A stretch of 64,000 nt of DNA, taken from contig MU058650.1 in the NCBI GenBank assembly GCA_013265495.1, forward strand, positions 1,120,267 to 1,184,266, written 5' to 3'. The translations under genes and the position numbers were made by a program. Below are positions 14,301-27,404 of this stretch, in pieces (the first letter of the stretch is position 1; each line of letters begins with the position of its first letter). Under the pieces are notes generated by a model that worked only from the letters and a program-made list of their open reading frames with translations, was not told the DNA's origin and did no database searches. This stretch comes from Vicugna vicugna. Its lineage: Eukaryota.

Positions 14301-15830
14301 TAACTTTACATAAAATATACACACGACACGATGCTTGATACTTTTTTTTTTTCCAGCTCTTTTTCATTAGCTTAGATTGTAGTCTTCTACCCAGGGGTAC
14401 ATTTTAAAATCATTGGGAGCTTAAAAAAAACACTGACACCAGGACAACAACCCAAACCAGTTGAATCAGATTCTTAGGAGGTAGCAGCCAGATCCCAGTC
14501 TATTTTAAAAGCCCCCTAGATGAACCTAACCTACAATGAAGATGACAAACCACTGAATTATTTGAAGGAAAAAAAAGTCTCAAATGATGGAGAAAATGCA
14601 CTATTTGAATGCAAATCAGACATTTTTGTTCACTGTCTGTCTCAGACCCGTGCACATTGTCAGCTCAAGGCAAGATCTAGTAGTCGAGCTAAAAGACGTC
14701 TATGCGCCTTCTTCTTGGAGAGATTTTTTTAAATCCATCACACCTGCCATCTGTAAATACCTGGGACAGAACAATAACTTGAACACTTCTATAAAAATCC
14801 TGTTACAAATCTGAAAAGAAATAGTCATTTAGACTAAAGCTTCACATTCAGCATGTAGATTACTCAGGGCCAGGTAGAGTGTTTTATCTATGGGTAAATT
14901 AGACAGGAAGCTAGAAAATACATGACAGTTCTTCTTTCAATAGTGATCAAGTGTCTCATCCTTTGTGAACATTTCCCAGGCAGTCTTGACCCTTCCTTCC
15001 CCCTGGCCACGCACACAAAGAATAGCAGTCTTGCTGATCTGTTATGTCCTTTCCTCATCTACGTTTGTGCGACTCAAAAATTTAGCCATTAGTGTATCAT
15101 CTAATTCTAACAAGCACAAGTAGCTAGCAGTGTTGAAGAACTCACATTGTGATGTAATAAAGGCGTATTCAAAACTCAAAGTGGCCAAGAGAGCCAAGTT
15201 TCAAAGAATAAAAGGGTAGAGGTACATACGATTGCCTCAAAAGGAAGGTAAGTAAGGAAAGGCAATCTTTTTCCCCGCTGGGTTATGACTTACTGACCTT
15301 GGAGGAGCTCGGTGTTCATTAAATGAATGAGTAAATGCTGCAATTAATTATCGAGATGCTGCAATGTTAAAAGGCAAGGGGGACAAACACTACCGATAAG
15401 AAACCCTCTGAAGTGAACTCCAGGAACGTTACAGCAGAAGGAATTGTGTGCTTAGTTAGACAAAACTGGGGTCTGGATTTAAATTCAAAACATGGAAAAG
15501 GGGAGCAAGTGCAGGCAAGTGAAAAAACAGTGGTTCTTGCCATTTGTTTTGCTTTATAAGAGGCTGGTAGACATCTCACCCCAAATATAACCTTTGGGAA
15601 TGGAAAAACTCTAGACTTTGAATCAGAGGGCCTAACCCCTTCTCTCAGTATTACGAAGTTGAGTAAGTTAGCCTCTCAGAAACTGGTTTTTTTTAAATGG
15701 ACATAATACCACTTCTATGGCTTAAGGGTTAACTGATAAAACCTGTGTGAAGTGCCGTGCACCTTAGGCACCCCACGAATCTTCTTTCCTTCCTTCCTCT
15801 GGCTCACGCAGCCTTTTGGAAACCTCTAGA

Positions 15831-16365
15831 CCAGAACTGTATGGCAGAACTCTCTGTGATGATGGAAACCTTCTGTATAACCAACCGATACAGCAGCCTC
15901 TAACCATATGGAGCAATTAAGCACTTGAATGAAGAACTGAATTTTAATGTTATGTGGCTATGATTTACATCAAAAGAGCCATGTGGTGAGAGACTCCCAC
16001 ACTGGACGGGTGCAACCAAGGGCCAGTCCTGTGCAGCAGAAGTTCCTGGAAATGTTTAAAAAGTGGCTCTTGAGCACTTGAAATGTGGCTAGTAGTCTGA
16101 AGGAGGAACAGAATTTTTCACTTTATTTCGCTGTAATTCATTTGCATGTAAACAGCCTGTGTGGCTGGCAGTTACCATGCTGATGAGCACAGCTCTAGAC
16201 CACAGCTTCCAAATCTTAATGTGCCACCAGGCACCCGCGGATCTTGTTAAATCGCACATGCTGACTCAGTAGGTTTGGAGAGAAACTGAGGCTCTGCATT
16301 TCAAACCAGCTCTCCGAGGATGCCTGTGATGCTGGTTCCTGGGCCACACTTAGAGTTGCAAGGCC
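15831..16365. mobile_element. cluster of hAT MITEs: two MER3-like copies followed by a MER5-like copy
   Basis: AGAACTCTCTGTGATGATGGAAA; GAGCACTTGAAATGTGGCTAG; CTGACTCAGTAGGTTTGG...CTGCATTTC. CTCTAGAC target motifs near 15825 and 16193. Confidence 0.7.
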
Positions 16366-17733
16366 CCAGGGCGGTGCTTCCAATTCTGAGATTTCTCAGC
16401 TCTAGGAATCCATGGAGCTGGTGACAGCAATCTGTGAGCTATTCAGAAGCTGTTTCTGACCCTTTCGGAAGCTTAACCGTACTTCTGACCATTGCTGGTA
16501 AGAATGCAGAAGGATAGAGTCTTTGTGGCGGGGGTGGGGGTGGGGTGGGGTGTGCAATTTCTAGCAATTTTAGTAACTTTTCCAGGAATCTATCCCAAAG
16601 ATAACCTGGCAAAAATACAAAAGGTGTATATATAGGCTATTCACTGAAGCACTATTTAAAATAGTAAAATTCGAAAGAAAAAACCTGTATATCTAACAAC
16701 AGGGGACGAGCTTAAAAGCACTAAGGAGGGCCGTGCAGCTACAAAAAGCAAAGCAAATATCTCTGTGTACTTTATAAAATGACTGCCAGGATATACTAAA
16801 AAAAGAAGCAAATGTGGAGGAAAATGGGTCTGGAATGTAAACATTTACCTGTATCTAGTATTTTAAAGTGGAAACACAAAATGAAAACTGTTCTTAAAGT
16901 TACCTACAGGTCAGGAGAGAGAAAAAGTAAGAGGTATTTTATGTCTGAATACATCTCGTTTTATAGATTTATCTTACATAATTATAAAACAAAAATTAAA
17001 TTTAAAAAAAGCTACCTGTAAACTTAACAACAAAATTTTAAATGAACATAAGGATGTTTTAACTTGCTGGCAAAACCAAAGAGAAAGGAATTATTTCAAG
17101 TGACTTTAAAACACACTAACTTGACAGTACATTCCTAGCAGAACATACCATAGGAACAGTGAGAATTGTAAAATGTCTTAAACTATTTGGAGGCGGTGTT
17201 GCTGTTATTTTGAGACTGCGTGTGCAAACTGTGGATCAAAGCAAACAAGAAACTGTATTAATGTACTGATTTTCAGTACAGGAAAGAGGAGATGAAGATG
17301 TTAAGACTGAAGAAGTTATGTGAAAAATTCTAGGGCTCTGAACTTTTAATAAAGTTAGGATTAACTCGAAGGGCATTTTATATTTTTTAATATATTTCCT
17401 ATGACTGTCCACTGAAAAACTCTGAAGCTATAACCTATCAGCAATCATGAACACCCCAGTATGCCTCGAACGAGGCGACAGAACACTATTTCCCACTAAA
17501 AAGAACTCGAGCTCCGTGGACAATGGCTGATTTCAGACTTGGGGCAAGAAATGTACAAATAAGCCTGGAACATTTTGTCACAAATGGCGAGAAAGCTATG
17601 AAAGACTTAGTGAGGTTGTAACAAAAAGACTTTCTAGGCATCAGTAAGAACAACTACATGGATTGAAATACCTCCAATGTGTTTAAATCCATGAAATAAT
17701 AGCAATACTTACAATTAAAAAGAAATAAAACTC

Positions 17734-17881
17734 GGTGGGGGGGAGGGTATAGCTCAAGCAGTAGAGTGCATGCTTAGCATGCATGAGGTCCTAGGTTCAA
17801 TCCCCAGTACCTCCTCTAAATATAAATAGATAAACCTAATTACCTCCCCCACCAAAAAAAAAAAAAAAGAGTATTGAAAAA
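17734..17881 (+). mobile_element. tRNA-derived SINE (Vic-like)
   Basis: A/B boxes, CCTAATTACCTCCCC, poly-A. TSD AAGAAATAAAACTC / AAGAAAGAAAACTC. Confidence 0.92.
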
Positions 17882-18756
17882 AAGAAAGAAAACTCATTGG
17901 CCATCCTTGGAGGATGCTAATGAACCAACCCACTATTTTGAAAACTGGTAAACAGAGGGGAAGAAGCAAACATTTATCCTGCCCTTTCTATATAAATTAC
18001 ACTGAGCTGATGGCAGGGAGTTTGTCCTTGTAGAAATACATGTACAAGAAATAAAAGTGGAATGACAGAAATAGAATATCATTTTACAACCCCTAATAAA
18101 ATAATGAATCTAGGCAATAAACCTCAGGAGCTCCTAATATAACAAAAGGGGGGACAAGCAAACATCATACACCTCCCGAAGGGAGTACACAATATCTATG
18201 AAAGAGTCTTGCCAAAAATGTAGGACCACAGGATTTTTAACGGGGGTCCATGGATCAGGTCCATGAAAATATTCTGGGAAACTTGGATGGAAAAAAATAC
18301 ATCCTGATCTTCAGTAACATTAAACTGAATTTTAACATTACCTTCAATGGTGAATGCAGGTAACAAATTATAGTAGTAACCTGTGACTTTGTTGCCAAAG
18401 AATATAGGTATTTTCATATCATATAACAACCGTTACTGGAATTTCAAGATATCATTACTATTCTAAAATTATGGTAGTTAAAGACCCATTGTGAGATCTT
18501 GTTATTTACTGTGTGTTTTTTTAAGAAAAGAACCACATATATTAACATCATCATGTGTTTTTAATAGTTTAATATCTAAATAGATGTAAGTGGTTTCCAT
18601 TACAAGCCTACGTATTTTATCTTACGCATTTAAAAACATTATTCTGGGAAGGAAATACTATAAACCTACCAGAAAGATACAATTAGCAAAACCCAGAATG
18701 TGGAAAGCTCTCCATAACAAATGAACTGTTTCTTCAAAAATAAACTTCAAGAGAAA

Positions 18757-19577
18757 AATGCAAGACAAAACTACAACAAGGTATCACCTCACACAAGTCA
18801 GAACGGCCATCCCTAAAAAGTCCACAAATGACAAATGCTGGAGAGGGTGTGGAGAAAAAGGAACCCTCCTACACTGCTGGTGGAATGTAAATTGGTACAG
18901 CCACTGTGGAAAACAGTATGGAAGTTCCTTAAAAAACTAAAAATAGAGTTACCATATAACCCATTCCTGGACATATATTCAGAGAAAACTCTAATTCGAA
19001 AAGATGCATGTACCTCAATGTTCATAGCAGCACTATTTACAGTACCCAAGACGTGGAAGCAACCTACATAAATGTCCATCAACAGATGAATGTATAAAGA
19101 AGATGTGGTATAAAAATATAATGGAATACTACTCAGCCATAAAAAAGAATGAAATAATGCCATTTGCAGCAACATGGATGGACCAAGAGATTGTTATACT
19201 AAGTGAAGTAAGTCAAAGACAAATATCATATGGTATCACTTATATGTGGAATCTGAAATATGATACAAATGAACTTATTTGCAAAACAGAAACAGACTCA
19301 GATATAGGAAACAAACTATGGTTGCCAAAGGGGAAAGGTGGATGGGAAGGGATAAATTAGGAGTTCGGGATTAGCAGAAACAAACTACTATGTATAAAAT
19401 AGATAAACAGCAAGGTCCTACTGTACAGCACAGGGAACTATATTCAGTATGTTGTAATAACTGATAATGGAAAAGAATATCAAAAAGAATATATATATAT
19501 GTATGAATCACTTTGCTGTACACCAGAAACTAACACAATATTATAAACCTACTATACTTCAATTAAAATAAATAAAT
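18757..19577 (+). mobile_element. 5'-truncated LINE-1 3' end inserted in an older L1M 3'UTR
   Basis: Degenerate ORF2 C-terminus ([16 protein letters not shown]), 3'UTR and (AATA)n tail. TSD AAATAAACTTCAAGAGAAA / AAATAAACTGCAAGAAAAA. Confidence 0.92.
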
Positions 19578-22500
19578 AAATAAACTGCAAGAAAAAAGAG
19601 CAGGAGGAAGAGGAAACGTATAGAAGAAAGAAATGTAGACAGAACAACTTGTTGAACTGTATGGGCCTTATGTGCATCTTAGTTTAAACAAACTATTTTA
19701 AAAATTATAATTGGGGAAATTTCAACATGGACAAGAGATGTGATAGTAAGGAATTATTGTTAATTTTTTGGTGGGATAATGGTATTATGACTATGTTTCT
19801 TAAGTCCTTATAGAGATTAATATTTGAAATACTTATGCATGAAATTATAATGATGTTTAAAATTTACTTTAAGATAATCCAGAAGCAGTGAAGTGGAGAA
19901 ATATGAATGAAATAAGATGAGTTGATAGTTTTTGAAACTGAACAGTAAGTACATCACAGTAGGTCACAGTCTCTACTTTTATTCAAACGTTCCCATAAGT
20001 TTTGGGTTTTTTTTTTAAGCCTAGCAGAGAGCCTATATTTACCCATGATAAGGCTGTTCAGACAAACCAAAACATTCCATTTACTTACTTGCAGCTATAA
20101 TTATACCACCCAAGTGTGGTACCACTCATTTCCTCTTGCTAATCAGAAGCTCTAGTGTCTGATTAGTTAAAAAAGAGAGAGAAAACGAAATGTGTTATTA
20201 CTTAGCAAATGCAATTTGGAGGAGTTTCTAAATATGTAATTCCTGGTAGAGAAGTAATGAAAGGGGTTTATAACGAAGGAAAACCCTAAAGATTGCTGAT
20301 CTAAAGCAATGCCTCCCACTGTGCTCAGGATGTGTCTGGCTCCCCAGGCAGGTTAGAAGCTCCTTAAAGTCAGAAACAAGGTCCTATTCGTCTTTATTTA
20401 TCCAGTACGTGAATCATCATGAGCTGGCTGAATTGTTGCAAAGGTGAAACTGCCGCAAGAGGAAGGAGGCCTTTCTGAAGCCTACCTGCAGCAGAGGGAA
20501 CAATTTATGGGCTACAGAAAGAAATAATTCTGCGGTGTAACTCAGAAACGTGTCAGTCCAAACACCACCAGAAAGCGTTCAGCTTCAAAATGAAAATGTG
20601 AACTAAGTTGCAATGGATATTGAAATGGGACAGAGTGATCATGGTCTGCTCTGACAGGTAACAGAAATTCTAGAAAAAGGAAACTTGCCAAGTTATTACA
20701 GTTTCTCTAGTCCTATACAGGGGCAAGAGTCCATTAACGAGTCGATCTTAACCGCTCAGGAGCCAGCTACTAAGAGCAGAAGGGACTTCGTGAAGTCAGG
20801 GAAGACGTACTTTCTTCTGTCCTCTTGTTCTAGAGTCACCAAACAATGTCAGGTCTTGTAACCCCCAGGAGAACTTTTCAGTTGGGATGATCTTACTGTG
20901 GCCAGCTGTCAAATTTAACAGTGGCAGTTCTCATTATTAATGAATACATTTGAAATCTAAGTCTCAACAGCAAGAGCCACTTTATCTATAGCCGGATCAC
21001 CCCCAAATGAACTGTGATGTTCCAGATACAACAGAGGTGAAAAATTCCACCAAGGAACAGGAACCTAGAAGCTCAGATATCAGCGTTCTTATCTACAGCG
21101 CTAGAAGCCTGTTCATAAAGTTTTGCCAAAACCAGAGTCTGTTATTTAATGAAGTAATGAAGCAAGCCTGTCCAAAAATTGCCCCCCAAAATGATAACAT
21201 CCATTATATTTTCTTGTATGTATAACTACTATATAGAATAATGGAATAGAACACTTCGAAATTGGCAAAACATTTTCCTCTACTCATTTTCACTCTATGT
21301 CATCTTGAACGTCTCAGACTAGCAGGGGAGGGGGTAGTTAACCAATCTGGTGGCATTCTATGATGATTACAACAGAAGTTTGGAGAAGGACAAGCTTAGC
21401 GTGGGTCTAGATCCAAGAAGTAACCCACCGGATTACATCCAATCACCTTAGTCGTAACTGAGGATGTTTTCAACCAGAATGAACTTCAGCCTCCGGGCCT
21501 TTACAACTCTGTTAGTTCCTGAAAACTGTCTCATTCTAGTCTGACTCTGCAGAAACAAGAGAGGGCCTAGAGCCAAAGGAAATGCTATTGGAAGACGTAA
21601 GAAGTCAGTGACTAGGTTGGTCAGTGGATCAAATTACCTGACTGAGGCTTAAAATTGATGGACAATCTGGGTGAGATAATAGGACTTTTGTTGTTTTCTT
21701 CTTTATCCATTTGGCACATACCAAGCTTTTCTAACAATGGGAAATCTATCTTTTGAAGAAAAATCTATGTTCTTTCTTTAAAAACCTGGTAAGTGAAGGG
21801 ACCAAAAGGGAACATGCAGGATAACATTAGAAGATTTGTTTGAAGCCTCCCTTTAATCCTGTGCTAATTTGGACTCACAGCTCGCCTTCTGTCCTCTGTT
21901 CTTCCCCCAGCCTCCTTATGACCTTCGATTCTCAGCTGACGATTCAAGGTTTCCGAACTGCTGGCTTCAAGCTCCCTGGACTCACAATGGGGCATCCATC
22001 ATTGTCACGTTTTATTTATTTATTTATTACATTCATGCTAATGGACCCCATCAGAGTACCTTACTTTATGTTTTTTTTATATTGCCTCGCAACTTACAAA
22101 ATCTTCTCTATCCCCTCTCTTATTTGATTTTTTTACCCATAGGACAGGGCTGTAGAGTTACAGATGAAGAAACCGAGACTGAGAGAGCTGACAAGGGTCA
22201 CCTAACTGCTGCTGTTCAAAAGTGGCAGAACTGGGTACAAAATACAAACCCCAGCAGTAAGTGGAGTGCTTCTCTAAGCCCTGAGGTTCCCTCCTGCCTG
22301 ATTCTGTTCAAACAACTTCAAAGTAGAGGCGCCATCTCTTCTTTTTTTTCCCTCTAACCAAATATTTGATGAAAACGGATGAAGCTGCAAAAATACGGGT
22401 TGGATAATTCTAATGCCATCTCTTCCTACACATGCTTGACTTCTTACCTGGTCATTGACTATGACTTCGATATTATATTTGCCCAAATATTTTTCTAATA

Positions 22501-22690
22501 GATAAAATATTTCATAATAACTGTGGACTCGGTTTGCATAGAATTAAATCGTTCATAGAACTGTAATTATTTTACATTTTACTGGGGAATTTCGTGTGCA
22601 AATATAACGTGCCAAATCCATTCAATAAATCCTGGGCACACTACTGAAGTATACAACCTTCTGCAGTACCTGGCAGCTCCCCACCACCAC

Positions 22691-22832
22691 CCCGGAAGGT
22701 ACGAACACAGTGCCCCATTACCACAAATTATGCAACCGAGTTTTCCACATTTGGGGAAATCACAGGTGTCAGTCAGCACATCCGGGGTGCAAATTACCTG
22801 GCAGCTTTGATCATCACAGTATCACTCCGCAG
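22691..22832 (-). pseudogene. degenerate, rearranged U1 snRNA retrocopy
   Basis: Minus strand of 22691-22792 reads TTGCACCCCGGATGTGCTGAC...ATTTCCCCAAATGTGGAAAACTCGGTTGCATAATTTGTGGTAATGGGG, matching U1 nt ~65-160 including the Sm site AATTTGTGG. Weaker match to U1 nt ~15-38 at 22805-22832. Confidence 0.9.
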
Positions 22833-22892
22833 AGCCAATAAAAGAGGAGGTTACCAATATCAAATCCTCTAGAAAGTTAGAGTTATGCAGAA

Positions 22893-22940
22893 ACACACAC
22901 GCACGCACGTGCACGCACACGCACACACACACACACACAC
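22893..22940. repeat. compound (CA)/(CACG) microsatellite
   Basis: Alternating purine-pyrimidine run. Confidence 0.9.
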
Positions 22941-23439
22941 ATATCCTCCCCCAAGGAGAGAAGTGTGGGGAGAGACTAGCCCCTTGAGGGGCATCATTTC
23001 CGAGGCAGCCGATCTCTCTCGGGGATGATCAAATCAAGCTTATACCTGTGTCTCTTTCCAGGAGAGGGGTGGCCTTGGCAGTGGTACACCACTCCTGCCT
23101 GGAGGCTGCTTAGTGGAAATCGTCCAATCTGGCCGTCAATTCCAACAGCCCACGGCGACCTTTATTACCATCTTCTTAATGATACCCTTTTCAATTCACT
23201 AAATATTTTGTTTTAGTTCCTGACACTGTGCCAGGCTCTGCGAATATAGAAAAACAGTAGATAGAAGACCCTGCCCTCATGGAATTCACAACAGAGCGGT
23301 GAAGAAAACAGTAAAGAACACCTGGGATGGGACCTGGCCTAACCCGAGATTTCGTGCAAGGCCTTCCTCACGAAGCGACATTTCATCTGACACTTGAAGA
23401 ATGAAGTCAAGTTGTTCAGGTTAAGAGAAAGGCCTGTCC

Positions 23440-24077
23440 TTTTAGCCGATAACTGGGTTCACCTCTCAGTGGGTGTCAAGCCAAAACACACAACCGAGCC
23501 GAAGAGTCGGAGAAGGAAGGATTTATTACTTGCAGCAAGTAAGGAGAACACCAGGGATCTTTCCCAAAGCAGTGTCTTCCCAACAGCAAAACTGGGGAAG
23601 TGGGAAGCTAAGGGAACATTGCGAATATTCATGAAGAGGCTGAGAAGAGGCAAATTCAGCACAGAACTGGGACAAAGACTGACAGAGTCCAGTCTTCAGC
23701 TGACCGAAATCACGAGGGTCAGAAAAGGTGACCATCACCATTCCTTAAGTTCCAGTTGAGCTGGTGGTTGAAGCGGGGGGCGGGGTTTGAGTTTTTGCAA
23801 AACAGCCCAAGAATGCACTTCAGGCTAATCCTTACCGTTGAAACAGAACTGGGAGTCTTTGTAACTGATTGATTCTTTGCTACTGTTATTTCTTTTGCCC
23901 ATAACAGTCATTTGTTCTTTTGTTCCCTTAAGATCACTAAGTGCTGAGACCTGTTCAAGGGCACTGTGGCCAGGCTTAGATCACAAAATAGCTTAGGCCT
24001 CAAATGACTTCTCTTATGTCAAGAAAGCCATGCCTACTTCTCCCTCTTCCAGGGACCCCCTACCCTATCTGCTTATA
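23440..24077 (-). mobile_element. ERV solo LTR (~638 bp), probably class I, inserted in an L2 remnant
   Basis: 4-bp TSD GTCC (23436-23439, 24078-24081), degenerate TG..CA ends, and TTTATT (minus-strand poly-A signal) near 23522. Confidence 0.65.
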
Positions 24078-24465
24078 GTCCCAGCAGAGGGAATGGTTTT
24101 GTGAACTCTCCAGCATGACTGGAGCCCAGAGATGCAGCTCATCCAAAGAAATTAGCAGCTCCCAAGTCTCTTTCAAACCTGTGGCACAATTTGGAAAGAG
24201 TAGAGCAAGTCCTGATTGATTATTTCAAACACTATGTGCAAAAAGTGGGTTAGATGAGTTGAGAAAAGTTTCCCTTGACATTTTACGAATTCCACTGCTT
24301 ACATTACTACCAGCATCCAGGTGGTCTTTGGGCTCTACAGCTGTTTTTCTTATTGGAACCAATTTTAGATTCCATCACCAAATGTAGCAGACAGAATAAC
24401 ATCTCTCCCAAAATGCTGTTCATGCCGTAGTACCCTGGAACCTGTGAACAGGTCACTTAGCATGG

Positions 24466-26078
24466 TGTTATCTTGACATAAGAAATACATACTTTAGTCT
24501 TGGTTCCTGATCAGATCCTAAAAAACCCTTGTAAGTTCCTAAATGATAAGAGTGAAAGGAGCACCTTTTGCTATTTTTTTAAATGTTATTTCCTTATTGG
24601 GTTTTTTTGCACTTTTTTTATTGAGTTATTGTCAATTTACAATGTTATGTCAATTTCTGGTGTACAGCACAATTTTTCAGTCATACATGAATATACATAT
24701 ATTCATTTTCATATTCTTTTTCACTGTGAGCTACTGCAGGATCTTGGATATATATCCCTGTGCTATATAGTATAAACATTTTTATCTATTTTATATACAG
24801 CAGTCAGTATCTGCAAATCTCTAACTCTCAGTCTATCCCTTCCCAACATTACAGAGCTACAGTCATCAAGACAGCTTGGTATTGGTACAGAAACAGACAT
24901 ATGGACCAATGCAACAGAATACAGAGCCCAGAAATGAACCCACAAACTTTTGGTCAATTAATCTTCGACAAAAGAGGCAAAAACATACAGTGGAATAAAG
25001 ACAGTCTCTTCAGGAAATGGTATTGGGAAAACTGGACAGCTGTATGTAAATCAATACAGTTAGAACATTCCCTCACACCTTACAGAAAAATAAATTCAAA
25101 ATGGCTTAAAGACTTAAACAAAAGACCAGACACAATAAATCTCCTAGAAGAAAACACAGGCAAAACATTATCTCACATACATCTCAGCAATGTTCTCCTA
25201 GGGCAGTCTACCCAGGCAATGAATGAAATGAAAGCAAAAATTAAAAATAGGACCTAATTAAATTTACAAGCTTCTGCACAGCAAAGGAAACCATAAGCAA
25301 AACAAAACGACAGCCTACGGGAAGGGAGAAAATATTTGCAAAAGATAAAACTGACAAAGACTTGATCTTCAGAACATATAAAGAGCTCATACAACTTAAC
25401 AAGAAAAGAAACAAATAATCTTTTCCTATTTTTGACTAGAGGACTAGAACCTTCAGCTCCACCGTCGGGGAGGTGAGAGGAGCTGGGGAATGAGTTCATC
25501 ACTAGTGACCAATGAGTTAATCACTCACGAGTACATAACAAAGCACTCATTAAGAACCCTAACCAAGGGATCCAGCGATCTTCCAGGCTGGCGAACACAC
25601 TGAGGTGCTGGAGGGGTGAGGTGCTTGGAGAGGGCATGGAACATCCCCGTGCCCTCCCCCGTAGCTTCTCCCCGGCTGTCCCTGAGTTGTGCCTTTTTAT
25701 AATAAACTGGTCATCTAATAAGTAAACTTTTCCTGAGTTCTGTGAGATGCTCTAGCAAATTATCAAACCCAAGGAGGAGGTCATGGAAACCTCTGATTTT
25801 ATAGCTGGTCAATCAGAAGTACCAGGTGGCAACCTAAGGACTCTCGACTGTTGTCTGAAATGGGGGGGGGGGGCGTTGGGGGGGGGAGGGGATCTTGTGG
25901 GATTGAGCCCTTAATCTGCGGGGTCTGCACTAACCCCAGGTAGTTGGTGCCATAACTAAGTTGTTGGACACCCAATCTGTGTCTGGAGGGTTGGAGAATT
26001 GGTTGATGTGAGAAAACCCCACACACATTTGATGTCAGAAGTATTGAGTTCAGGAAAAAACAGCTTTTTCCTTTTCCA
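24466..26078 (+). mobile_element. MER21-like LTR, interrupted by the inverted L1
   Basis: Starts TGTT right after the MaLR CATGG. The 3' part has AATAAACTGG...TTTCCTGAGTTCTGTGAG...CTTGTGGGATTGAGCCCTTAA...GGAGAATTGGTTG, as I recall for MER21. The MaLR resumes at ATGGCAAAAGGGAC. Confidence 0.7.
24579..25419 (-). mobile_element. LINE-1 insertion with 5' inversion (twin-priming structure)
   Basis: 24579-24844 is the L1 3'UTR/tail on the minus strand; 24845-25419 is an L1 ORF2 fragment on the plus strand. Both lie within TSD CTTTTGCTATTTTT (24565-24578) / CTTTTCCTATTTTT (25420-25433). Confidence 0.9.
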
Positions 26079-27164
26079 TGGCAAAAGGGACTTTGCAGAT
26101 GTGATTACAGTTAAGTGCCTTGTCTTTCATTTTCTCCCTGATATTGGAAAGATCTAATTGAAACATGATTTAGTAGGAACATTATATCAACTTAAAACTT
26201 TGATTTAGTAAAACCTCAACATTTAGATCCTTTGTCCAGTGGTAATATTTACCAAGAAATGCATTCAGCTTACTCAATAAACCAAAAGGGCATTTAAAAT
26301 CACAAAAATAAAGGAGAATTTATGTTTAGATCTTGTTTGAGTTAGAAATTTTAAATTGAATTGTAGGCTTTTCCATTAGTGAACCACATTCTCTAACACC
26401 CTGCCCCTGGACTGGCTTGGATTCATAACATGGATGGTACTTGAGGATGTGAGGTTACAGTGATGCTCCTTGTAACAGCTAAGTGCTTAAGTTCAGTGTA
26501 AGATGCGTAACACTTCTTTGAACTGAGCCCCGCAACCAGTTCTTGAACAGGTTGCTTGAATTTTGTGTAAATGATTTATTGGGAATGGTTTTTCCACATA
26601 ATTTCAAAACCGTGACGTACCAGGGGAATGCCGTAACGTGTGTGCTTCAGCACAATAAGACTGCTCCTGGGATGCTGTTTAGTTTGTATTTTGTTTAACA
26701 TTTCTCTCATCTGAAGACAAACCTGACTTCTGTACTAAATCATTTATTATACATTAAAAAGCTACTCTTTCTGATTAAAAAGGGGAAACAAAGGACCTGG
26801 GAAAGGTTCTTCCTTTCCTTCTTTTCAAGATTTTGAGGGAGGTATGCCTACAGCAGACAAGCCAGATGCAAGGTTGCGTTGAAGATGGGGGAAGGGGCCA
26901 TAAGCCAAGGAGTGCAGACACCTTCTAGCAACTGAAAAAGTCAGAGAAATCCACTCTCCCTAGAGCCTCCAGGAAAGAACACAACCCTGCTGACACCTTG
27001 CTTCTGGCCCAGGGAGTCCTGGGTCGGATTCCACCCCTTCAGCACTGAAAGATAATAAATCTGTGTTGTTTTCAGTCCCTAAATGTGTGGTAATTTGTTA
27101 TGACAAAAATAGAAAACTAACACAAGTCAACTTAGGTGCATAGGACACTTTCAAACAATACTTG

Positions 27165-27311
27165 AGGTGGTGGGTATAGCACAGTAGTACATGCGTAAGG
27201 TCCTAGGTTCAATCCCTGGCACCTCCAATAATAAATATAAACAAACAAACAAACAAACCGAATTACCTCCCCCGCCAAAAAAAAATCTTTAAATAAAATG
27301 AAAAAATAAAG
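27165..27311 (+). mobile_element. internally deleted tRNA-derived SINE (Vic-like)
   Basis: GGGTATAGC...GGTTCAATCC plus tail motif. TSD CAATACTTGA on both sides. Confidence 0.85.
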
Positions 27312-27404
27312 CAATACTTGAATCATAATGTTATAACTATTTACATTCATCTCAATGAATGGCCTTAGTTCAAGATCATCACATCAAATAAAAAGCCTAT
27401 TAAA

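Larger units (their letters stand above)
16555..20000 (+). mobile_element. ancient fragmented L1M 3' region (host of the SINE and younger L1)
   Basis: Degenerate L1 3'-end motifs (CTAGCAATT...CAGGAATCTATCCCAAAG; ATAAGATGAGTTGATAGTTTTTGAAACTG...CTCTACTTTT). Boundaries approximate. Confidence 0.55.
24383..27124 (+). mobile_element. MLT1 (MaLR) solo LTR split into three pieces (24383-24465, 26078-26122, ~26830-27124)
   Basis: TGTAGCAGACAGAATAA start; GGCAAAAGGGACTTTGCAGATGTGATT; AGCCAAGGA...CCTAGAGCCTCCAG...AATAAATCTGTGTTGTTTT...GAAAACTAACACA end. Confidence 0.85.
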
